From the NCBI GenBank assembly GCA_043228905.1, contig JBHGNT010000013.1, positions 17,732,001 to 17,796,000 on the forward strand: a DNA stretch of 64,000 nucleotides. The letters are read 5' to 3'. The notes beneath the pieces are model-generated. The model searched no databases, had not been told where the DNA came from, and worked only from the letters and a program-made list of their open reading frames with translations. This DNA is from Azolla caroliniana. Lineage: Eukaryota; Plantae; Polypodiophyta. This document shows positions 26,561-37,029 of this stretch, one piece after another. Made by a program: the position numbers and the translations under genes. How positions within the stretch are numbered: position 1 is the stretch's first letter; each line of letters opens with the position of its first letter.

Positions 26561-26937
26561 TGACGTTGTAAGACGGACATAAAGGTATCTTCTTTGAACA
26601 TAAGGAGCTCACGAGCTTAGTTGAGAAAACAACCAAATTAAATAGGCTTTCAACCTACATACTTGTTGTGGTACTCCATGGAGACCACGAAACTAACAAT
26701 TCCCCAACGAACAAATGCCTAATTTTGCAACATAATAATCCAAATGGATTTAGCAGAAAAGCCTACGAGGAAATATGTGTCTAGCATTGTCCTATTTGAA
26801 ATGCGCTAGTGCGACAAAGCCATTGCCAAAGGCAACTCACCTACCCTTGCCCATTAGGGAAAAACTTTAGCATGGAGCAGAAGATGACATTGCCATATTG
26901 CTCCCAACACTCAATGCCACAATCATCGGGTGATATG

Positions 26938-27415
26938 TAATGATCGACAATGGTTCGGTTCGGTTCAAGAGCGTCGAACTCAAACTGTTTAAAACCAAAC
27001 CCTTTAAAATTTTGAAACTTAAATTGAACCGAACCGAACCATGAAGTTGTTTAAACCAAACCATTACAAAATATTCCAGCTCAAACCAAGCAATTTTAGA
27101 GGCTTTTAAACCTTTGAACTTTTAAACCATTAAAACCGTAGTTTCATGGTTTGGTTTTGGTTTTTAAGGTGGGTCAAAGTTCAAAATTCGACATTTTAAA
27201 ATTTTAAAATTTCAAATTCTATTTTTTTTGAACAGTTTGAACAGCGGTTTCAAACCATGTTAACAGAAAACCATTAAACCGATAAATGCTCGAATTGAAC
27301 CGATAAATCCTCAAATGGAAACCGAACCGATTACAAAAACCCGAATCTGAACCGAACTGAACCGAACCGTTTAAACCACGGTTTCACGGTTTAGTTCGGT
27401 TTGAGCCGATTGTTA
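26938..27415. mobile_element. hAT-family MITE (478 bp), 8-bp TSD GTGATATG
   Basis: TSD at 26930-26937 and 27416-27423; left TIR TAATGATCGACAATGG; many AACCG/CGGTT subterminal motifs; right TIR partly deleted. Confidence 0.85.
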
Positions 27416-27816
27416 GTGATATGGTAGGTTACCCAAGATAATCCACCTTTTGCTAAGTCCTACCTTCATTAAGCTTATGATAGAGTTGATTGGCGTGCTT
27501 TGGATGATCAATTATTTTTCTATAGAATAACCAATCTCTCCATGGTTCGTTTGTCACCAAATTTGTCATAGAAGCTATTTCATCAAGGGCATCGGTGTGA
27601 AATAACCAAAAAAGGTGGGGGCATTTTGAGAATAAAGGAAAACCCAGGGGTACCCCTCTTCACAGGATATCCAATCCTTCCCCTTCCCCCTCCCCCTCCC
27701 CTGGGGGGCCATCTTGGCCTCCCAACAGACATTGTTCCTCTCAGAAATCATTAGAGCAATTACGACGACCATGATGATTACGCGATGATTAAGGATAGCG
27801 ATGGCAGAACTGAGCT

Positions 27817-30800
27817 ATGGAAGCTCCGATATTTACTTTAAATCTTGTCCCCACCCCCCGTATTTCCTATTGTCGACCACATCACGAAACCTTACCCTTA
27901 TTCCCATCTCTGGGTTTCCACAAAACAAGCTTTCAAGATCCTCTTCCTTGTTGCCTTTGTTGTTGTTTCTTCTTCCATAACTTCAATGGAGAAAATCATC
28001 CGAAGAAGAAATGGAGAGCTCAAGAAAGGCATCGGAATCAACTTGAAAAGCTTGACATGGAAAATGATGGGCATGAAATGGAAGAAACTGAAGAAATTGA
28101 AATTCTTGAAATAGGTAATGAAGAAAGTCTCGAAGTGGATAAGGATCAACTCAAAATACTCCTGAAGGATAAGATTCATGTGCACAAGGAAAACAAACAA
28201 AGGATTGAAATGGATAAGAATAGCCATAGCAATAACCGCGAAATGGATAAAAAAGAAAGCTTTGTAGTGGTTAAGAATCAACTTGAAAACCTTGAAAAGG
28301 ATGATAATGGGTTTGGAAGAGATAACAAAGAAAGCCCTGAAATGGATAGGAAGGGAGTTGAAAGGACAAAAACGGATGAAAATGGAGAAATTCAAGATTC
28401 ATTTTGGGAAGGTAGCTCCAGACCTCTTTCCAGCAAATGTTTTGATGATACCAATTTGTATTCCCAGCTCTTGAGAAGCACAAAGTCTCTTTCCGATGGG
28501 CACCTTATCCATAGGCACATTATCGAGTGTGGACATGAGCATCTTGTGTTTCTTGGTAACCTTATTGTACAAATGTATTCAAAATGTGGTTCTCTTGAGG
28601 ATTCATCCTCCATGTTTGATAGAATGCAAGAAAAGAACAAGTTCTCGTGGACCATCATGATCGGTGCCTTCATTCATCACCATAAAGGAAAAGAAGCTCT
28701 TCTTCTTTTTCAGCAATTAAGATCTCAAGGTATCGAACCTGATAAAGTCACATGTGTCACTATTCTATCAGTATGTGCAAATGTCGAATTCTTGGGTGAA
28801 GGGAAAAGTATGCATACGTATATTGTATCAAAGGGGATTGAACATGATGTTATTGTCGGAAATGCCTTGGTGAACATGTACGGGAAATGTGGATTATTAG
28901 AGGATGCACTGAGAATTTTTTTAGCTTTGCCGAATCGTAATGCCATATCTTGGAACGGATTAATCACTGCATTTGCTCAGCATGGGAAAAGCAGAGATGC
29001 GATAATTCTTTTCAAAGAGATGGAATCACAAGGGGAGAATCCGAATCTGATCACATTTGTGAGTATTGTTACTGCTTGTGCAAGCCAAGGGGACCTTCGT
29101 CAAGCAAAGGAAATACATGCCAAAGTTGCTAAGAAAGGTATTGAAATAGATGGTGTTATTGGAAATGCACTTATTAACATGTATAGTAAGTGTGGGAGCG
29201 TTGATAATGCTTGGATCATATTTGATCAAATGACCAAACGGAATGTGGTGACATGGAATGCTATGCTTGGTGCATATGCTGAACAAGGGCAAGGAGATAT
29301 GTCATTCTCTCTCTTTGAACAGATGCTCCTGGAAGGCTTTTTACCAGATAAGGTAACATTTATCTCCATGCTTGAAGCATGTGCACAAATTGTATTACTT
29401 GATGAAGGCAAGAAAATACATACTGCCATTATTGATAATGGATTAGAATTGGACCTTGTTATTCAGACATCCCTTATCTACATGTACAGCAAATGTGGAA
29501 GCGTAGAGGATGCACTTAGTGAATTTCATCGAATGCCAATGAGGGATGTTGTTGCATGGAATGCAATGATCGAAGCTTATATTGAACGTCTTTTGTGTGA
29601 TGAAGCTCTCACATTGTTTCAACAAATGCAGTTAGAAGGGGTGAGGCCTGATACTTACACATATGTAAGTGTTTTAGATGCTTGTGCAAAGAAAGAGGAT
29701 TTGAATGAAGGTAAGAAAATACACGCTCGTCTTTTGTCTAGTGATTTAAAGACAGTTAATGCATTGGTAGAGACAGCTCTTTTAAATATGTATGGGAAAT
29801 GTGGTAACCTCGAAGATGCTTGGTCAGTATTTGATAATATGTCCAAGAAAGATGTCATCCCATGGAATGCGTTGATTGCTTCTTATGTAGAACATAACCA
29901 AGCAAAGAAGGCATTAAATTTCTTTGAACAAATGCAAATAGCGTGTATTTTGCCAGATGAAGGAACTTTCATTAGTCTTCTTGATGCTTGTGGTAAACTT
30001 ATAGCTGCTGAAGAGGGTTATAGGATACATTGCCTTGTTGTAGAAAGTGGGTTTGAACCTGATACTATTGTTGGAACTGCACTTATCACAATGTATGGTA
30101 GGTGTGGCTGCCTTGAGGATGCCAAAATTATGTTTAGCAAGATGTTTGAAAGATGCGTGGTTTCATGGACAGCTCTTATAACGATGCAATCACAACATGG
30201 CCAAGCGAAGAATGCTCTCAAATTGTTTGCAGAGATGAAGAGAGAGGGTAAGGTTCCAACCAAGACAACCTTTGTGAGTGTGCTATCAGCATGTAGTCGA
30301 GCTGGCCTTATCAATGAGGGTTGGTCATATTTTCGATCTATGAGTCAAGATTATGGTCTGGAACCCTCAGTGGATCATTATAATTGCATGATTGACCTTC
30401 TAGGGAGGGCAGGGCATCTCAAAGAGGCAGAAGATGTGATATCAAGCATGTTAATTTCTCCTAATGCAACCTCTTGGATTACACTTCTAAGTGCCTGCAA
30501 AACTTATCTTGATGTCGAGAGAGGAGTACGAGCTTCACTTCGTGTTCTTGAACTTGAACCTGATAATGATGCTGCATATGTGCTTTTATCGAATTTATAT
30601 GCGGCGACTGGGAGATGGGAAGATGTAGTAATTACAAGAATGAAGATGGAGGAACGTGGTTTGAAGAAGAAGCCCGGATGTAGCTCCATCAAGATTAATG
30701 ACCAGGTACACACTTTTTTTGCTGGTGGACACACTCATCCACAAAAAGAAAATTTATATGATGAGTTAGAGAAGTTAAGTAGATTATTGAAGAGTAATGG

Positions 30801-31080
30801 TTATGTTCCTGATACTAAAGTTGTACTCCACAATGTAGCGGAGAAAGAGAAAGAAACCCTTCTCTCTCGACATAGTGAGAAACTAGCCATGGCTTATGGC
30901 ATTTTTAACACTGCACCTGATAAGCCGCTTTTTATAGTTAAAAACCTTAGAATGTGTCCTGATTGTCATTCAGCTGCTAGGGTAATTTCCAAGGTTATTG
31001 GTCGAGAGATTATTTTGAAGGATATCAGTCAATTTCATCACTTCCGAGATGGAATATGTTTGTGTTTAGATTGCTGGTGA
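27817..31080 (+). CDS. PLS-class pentatricopeptide repeat protein with E1-E2-DYW deaminase domain (organellar RNA editing factor), 1087 aa, intronless
   Basis: About 20 P/L/S motifs [L-S-(PLS)x5-P2-L2-S2], PG box KKPGCSSI, HSEKLA, CPDCH and terminal HHFRDGICLCLDCW. Confidence 0.96.
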   Translation: MEAPIFTLNLVPTPRISYCRPHHETLPLFPSLGFHKTSFQDPLPCCLCCCFFFHNFNGENHPKKKWRAQERHRNQLEKLDMENDGHEMEETEEIEILEIGNEESLEVDKDQLKILLKDKIHVHKENKQRIEMDKNSHSNNREMDKKESFVVVKNQLENLEKDDNGFGRDNKESPEMDRKGVERTKTDENGEIQDSFWEGSSRPLSSKCFDDTNLYSQLLRSTKSLSDGHLIHRHIIECGHEHLVFLGNLIVQMYSKCGSLEDSSSMFDRMQEKNKFSWTIMIGAFIHHHKGKEALLLFQQLRSQGIEPDKVTCVTILSVCANVEFLGEGKSMHTYIVSKGIEHDVIVGNALVNMYGKCGLLEDALRIFLALPNRNAISWNGLITAFAQHGKSRDAIILFKEMESQGENPNLITFVSIVTACASQGDLRQAKEIHAKVAKKGIEIDGVIGNALINMYSKCGSVDNAWIIFDQMTKRNVVTWNAMLGAYAEQGQGDMSFSLFEQMLLEGFLPDKVTFISMLEACAQIVLLDEGKKIHTAIIDNGLELDLVIQTSLIYMYSKCGSVEDALSEFHRMPMRDVVAWNAMIEAYIERLLCDEALTLFQQMQLEGVRPDTYTYVSVLDACAKKEDLNEGKKIHARLLSSDLKTVNALVETALLNMYGKCGNLEDAWSVFDNMSKKDVIPWNALIASYVEHNQAKKALNFFEQMQIACILPDEGTFISLLDACGKLIAAEEGYRIHCLVVESGFEPDTIVGTALITMYGRCGCLEDAKIMFSKMFERCVVSWTALITMQSQHGQAKNALKLFAEMKREGKVPTKTTFVSVLSACSRAGLINEGWSYFRSMSQDYGLEPSVDHYNCMIDLLGRAGHLKEAEDVISSMLISPNATSWITLLSACKTYLDVERGVRASLRVLELEPDNDAAYVLLSNLYAATGRWEDVVITRMKMEERGLKKKPGCSSIKINDQVHTFFAGGHTHPQKENLYDELEKLSRLLKSNGYVPDTKVVLHNVAEKEKETLLSRHSEKLAMAYGIFNTAPDKPLFIVKNLRMCPDCHSAARVISKVIGREIILKDISQFHHFRDGICLCLDCW

Positions 31081-34000
31081 TAATTGGGGCTATTGTATAT
31101 GTGCATGATCTCAAAAGAAGTGTTTGAAGAGTTATTATGATGAATGCAACATCAAGCCCATTGCTCCATAACATTGATGATGATTATGATTTGATATCTT
31201 GAAGTTATGTGGGTATTTGTATACGACTATGCTTGCATAACGTCATCTTTTGCATGATTATTGCTCGTGCAGAGATTTGTTTCAAACTTTGGCATGGCAA
31301 TAACATAAGTCACAAGAGGATTTTATGTCAAAAAAATCATGGATTGGTTTTGCCTTCAATTGCTTTTCCTTTCCCCACATTTTCATATGTGATTGTGGAA
31401 GACATTTGTGACATAGATATGTTTATATCATGCTTCTATGAAATTATCTCTGAAATATAGTTATGTTTGGGCGTTTCAGCTTTTGACATGAAAAACTGCC
31501 AAGAAAGGAACTGGACGATGTTGAGAATGTTTGTCCACTTATACATGTGGAGAGGACCCAGCAAGGAAGTTGATGGTGAGGAGAAAGAAAAGAAAGATGT
31601 TATACTTGAGCATTCATTTGCTTATTGAAGTAACATTGTTGACGTGGAGCTACAATTTGTTACAATCAACTGATGAGCAATAAAAACTGTTATTAATTTG
31701 ACACTCATTTGAAGCTGAATCATTCTATGTTTGAACTCTCTTCCAGGGAGAGAAAGGCTAAAGGTAACTTTTGTTTGCTGTTTCGAAGGCAATGTTGTAT
31801 ATCATTTACAATATTTCTAATGCGTGGCTCATGTGAATTTTTAAAATTATTCACTAAGTAGCTATGGAGATACAATTGTCTTCGTTTTTGAAAGTCCTTT
31901 TTTGATACTTATGGTGATCATTCTTTCTGCTGAGTTTCTCATCAAACTTTGGGCGAATCTATGTATCAGTCCTTTGAGAAGCGGCTGCCAAGTTGTGTCT
32001 CAATCCAAGTAATTTCTCTCTTTCCCTCTCATTCTATCATTTTCTTGAATATTTGTTTTGGAATTTGGATGCTTGTACTTTGTGAATGGTGCAAGGATTA
32101 TTGTCCTAATTGGTGATACAATAATGGTTGAGCTGCATGTGTCACAAACCCCTATGTGCATATTCTTATTCTTATAGTAAACTAGACTTCTAACTTTAGT
32201 GTTTAAATTGGGAATGAATCATCAAGAAGAAAATTACCATGAATATCCCCGTTCACTATTAGATTCACAAAATACATTCGGACAATGCCTTATGTCTTCG
32301 AACAGAAATATAGATTTTGATACAAGAACAATAATACATGTTACTGCCCCTATTAAGTTATTAATGGTGAATACGAAGAACATATTAGAGAATCAAAGGC
32401 ATACAATGTAGACTTCTTGATAGGCATTGACATCCATTAAGTGAGACAAACTCAAGAAGATACATGCTTGTATGACCTGCATGAAGACCATTTATGTATT
32501 ATAGCAAGTTAAAACACAATGTTTGAAAGTCTTAGTAAGATCTATGTCATGTCCTTGAAATTGATATTAGTTTTGTACTGAAAGGACATGACATTGATTA
32601 GTTCCTCCGTATGTAGCTTTTATGATATCCCACTAGTGAATAGTCCAAAGTTCAGATATCTGGATTTTGTATACGTCAACAATTTTGTTAATGTTAAAGT
32701 TTGCTTGGGATCATAGTGGATTCAATGTTGTAGCATATGCAAATTGAGGCTTATGATGTTAAACCCTCCACACAACCTCAATGTCCATCATTTGTTCCTT
32801 GACATTAATTTGATCATTGATGAATTTGTAAATTCTAGAATTTTTAATACGAACCTACATTGCAACTGTTGCTTAGGATCGGCCTTACACAAGGTAGTTG
32901 TTAAGATCAATTCAATACAAGTTAATAAAGTTGCATATGAGCTTTGAAGATAGATTTGCAAAATCAACATTCTACATGCATTGCGATTGTAACTTTTGAG
33001 TAATTAAATTTTTTTTTATAGTCAACAAATTATTGCTAAACAAGAACATCAACAAAAAACCACTAACTTTGACATGAATACCTTTCCCATGTTGATGTCA
33101 ATAAGTACTTTGATCCTTCAATTATTGTACTTGATTATTTTATGATGGTCATCAATCATCACTAGCACATATGGTACATGGCTTTCGCCAACTTGTGTTG
33201 TATATTGTTGAGCTTTGTCTTGCAATGAACGTAGACTTCATACTTAGTTGCTAGAATGAAGGTTTTGATCCCCTAAATGTTGCTACTATGCTGCGCAACT
33301 CATGTTGCTCGACGTTGGATTAAGTTTTGCATTGAGAACAAACCCCATGTTTCATTACCACTACAAAGGCTTGGAACCCCTATATATTATTGTTACCCCA
33401 TGTTAGCTCATGTGATACAATGTTGGCCTAAGTCTCAAAATGAGCACAAATCTCATGTTTGGTTGCCATTACTAAGGTTTGGATACCTAGATGCTATTGC
33501 TACATTGATTTCGAAATATTCATGAGAAAACCCCTTAGTTTTTGCCCTTGATGTACCTCCTCGAACTTCTTATGGTAGAGGTCTATATCGTAGCAATTCC
33601 CATGATACTTTCTTGAGCATATGGAAACCAAAAGAGACCACAACTCAATGCAACCAGATTGAAAACAAAGCCTATAAAATAATGTATCTACATGTCTCTC
33701 AAAGAAGAGAATGTAGATCAATCACAAACTTTTATATCTTACAAACAAGAGTGGATTGATCTATTCTGCAATAGTGGATGCTATAGTTTTCTTTTGAGAA
33801 TATGAAGTATGTAATTTGTATGGTAGGAACATCCTTACATTCACAAAAACAAGGACATCCTGTTTGTTGTGCATCCATAGAAAATTCAAATTTGTCTTTA
33901 AAAGTGAGGGGATAAAGTATGTTCGCTCAAAGGTTTTACCACAAAATTGAATATGTTGATAATAAACTTCTAACAATGTGTTCATGATTGCATGTGTCCA

Positions 34001-36065
34001 ATACAACTTTTGCTTGCATTGTTCTCGGGGAACTTCCCAAATTCTTGACAAAGTTGAATACATTAACCAACAATCTTATAGATTGGCTAAGTATAGTTTT
34101 CTCAAGTGTCTTTACATTTCTTATTGTATGTTAAAACACGATTTGTCAAGTTAATGCAATTGTCTACTATATATCTCTTGAATCATGTCATGATTGTGAT
34201 AGAAATAGACATGGTGGAGAAATATGTCAACGAACAATACATGTGTGGTTGCAAAGAAAAGATCTTGTGATAACTCTATGCAATAGAAGCGTAAAAGCAA
34301 CTTTATATTATGAAAGTGTGATTCCTTTATTTGCATCGCACAAATATCACGATTGTTTGACCCTTTTGTTAGCATATAATCCATCTTTTATTTCTCTTAA
34401 CTATATTGGCCCAAGAATTTATGTTCTATATTTTTATGAAATGAGTATTGTGATGATCCGACATCAACATCATCTACACCAAAGCAATATGATTAGAGTT
34501 TCCTCAACTTAAAAGAAATGCAACCTAGATCTTCTTCTAAAAAATGGTTGTTAGTAGATCACGCCTTTTACATCAATAACATGACTTGATTAATGGAACG
34601 AGCTTACAATATCATGTGCACTTCCAATGGTCTAACTTTCCATGTTTGGCCATGTGGTTGTAACTTGTAACCTATGCTATCAGATTTTTACCTCAAAAGT
34701 ATTACATTGAACAATATTTTTAGCTATCTATTGACACACATTGTGGGATATGATAAAATTTTATGTCTCGTATGTAGATCAAATTAATATCATCTTAGAT
34801 ATAATAGTGGAGCGGGCATAAATTTATAGAACATATGCTTGTGTCATTTGGACTTGGATGAAACATTTTCTCTAGGGATATATTGCAATTACAAAGGGAT
34901 TCACAACAAGAAAAGATTATTATTCTAGCCACAAATATGGGAAATTTTGATGCTAATGGAGAGATAAGCTCATTGAGGGAAGGTTGAACACACACACACA
35001 CACTATGGCAACAAGATGAAGAAACAATATTTGTGCACTAAAATGAACTAGGAGAATGTATGGAATATGAAAATTGCTAAATCCTTGAGAAAGGCATGGA
35101 AGATGGAAGAAAGTAATAAAAAAGCAAGTAGACATACAACAAGAGATACGAAGGCCTTAAGAAAACAAAAGATCAAGTCAAAGAAGAACGAAAAATGGTG
35201 AACATGTGATGTGTAGTTCATAGCTCAAGAGCAAAATCCTCTGAATATTTAGTTTGATATTGAACATATTCGGGGAATAATATTGTAACAATAAGATAGA
35301 GATATTAGTAGTATGAATTCTATCATTGTTAATAGAAGACTCGGAAATATTATATTGAGATCCAAGGATTTGTTGTGATTTGGTACAATCAATGATTTGG
35401 TAAGTTTCAACTCAATATATTGAGATGTGGTATTGTTTCATGATGGTGTCATTAGGAGTTATTCTATCTCCAACTGTATCTTACAGCCATCCAAAGGCTT
35501 GTAAATCTTATTCACATTCATTCTGATTCATCATCGAAACCTTGTCGAATATTTATACTAGTTATTAACATCATCTCTTGATGAAGTAATTTGAAAGTAC
35601 TTTATATATATATAATTCTTCATATTTGAAATGATACCTCTGTACAACATTTACCTTTGCGATATAAGAAGGGAATCTCAAGGGCACATAACACATAGAT
35701 AATAGCTCGATGTTTAAAGGCATATTTGCCTTTGTAACAAAAGTGGCAAGCCAATGAAACATTGAATAATTGTCCTAGTCTTCAAACCTATGGAGGTTAT
35801 GTAACAAGGCTAAATGAGATGCCCCTCCCCCTCCAATCCTATCTAACTCAAAGACAATATATATCTCAAGAACACATTACATTATTGGAAGGAACCATCA
35901 AAGACATGTGAATGGTTGACGAAAATATTTAGATTTCTAATTTTAAGCATTACGAAAATATGTCATAAATATCCATTCCTTACATTAGAGTTGTGACAAA
36001 CATAAAGGGATCGTAAGAGGGACAATAGAAATAATATACATAGATTGGATGATGGTTGCCCAAGG

Positions 36066-36198
<133 letters not shown>

Positions 36199-36412
36199 TC
36201 TAGCGCATAAAAAAATACCCTATAAGTTGGGAAATTGTTGGGCAAGAATTATTGTTTATGTCACACATTCTTTAAAGATTGCATCTTCAGATTTTGGTAG
36301 TGCAAGTGTCGTTTGTTTTTAATATATATATCTAACCTTCGATTATTGTCTTTACATCTCTCTCTCTCTTTCTTCCGCTTTTGAGTTGATTGTAATTTAA
36401 CCATTCATCTTG

Positions 36413-36414
<2 letters not shown>

Positions 36415-36462
<48 letters not shown>
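36415..36462. repeat. (GA)n microsatellite
   Basis: Seen directly. Confidence 0.97.
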
Positions 36463-36465
<3 letters not shown>

Positions 36466-36612
36466 ATAAATCCAATGGACCAACCTTACATGATAGATGG
36501 TTGAGCATATTTAGAGATTTCCTTATGGCATAGAATGTTGAGAAAATGGTCAACATAAAAGATGGCATGACTCTCCTCAAAACTACTCAACATATAATCA
36601 TCATCTTCCTCC

Positions 36613-37020
36613 TAGGGATCGGCAACGGCTCGACTCAAGCCTAAACTGTTTGGCTAAAACGGCTTAACTGCATTGGTTGCTATCCGAGCAATTAGGGTTG
36701 GGTTTGACCAACTCTCTCTTGGAAAGCGAGAATTCTCTCCTCGTCAGCTTAGCTCGGCTTAGGCTTGAGCCTGCCTTAACGGTTTGAGCTCGGCTCGGCT
36801 CGGCTTGAGCCTCCCAAACCGGCTCAAACCAGCTAAGCCGTTTAAGTGATTTAATTGTAATAAAATTATGGTATGAAGTTGAATATTCATTGTAATAGTA
36901 TTGTTGTTTTCTCCCAAACCGGTTTAGGGATCGGTTTGGTTCAGGTTTGAAAACCCCTAAACAGTTTGGCTTGGATAAGGCCAAACCGACTAAGCCTAAA
37001 CCGACCATTGCCGATCCCTA
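36613..37020. mobile_element. hAT-family MITE (408 bp), TIR TAGGGATCGGCAAYGG, 8-bp TSD CTTCCTCC
   Basis: TSD at 36605-36612 and 37021-37028; 16-bp TIRs with one mismatch; subterminal GGCTC/AACCG repeats. Confidence 0.93.
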
Positions 37021-37029
37021 CTTCCTCCA

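Noticed and set aside
24489-26600. ACGTTGTAAG..ACATA on both sides of the L1 as a long TSD
   Set aside because: Only the first 10 bp match exactly and it is not adjacent to the poly(A); too degenerate to call.
32100-35000. Fragments resembling a hAT C-terminus (LDINLIIDEF) and a Myb/SANT-like stretch
   Set aside because: Isolated weak resemblances with many stops; cannot be supported without an HMM search.
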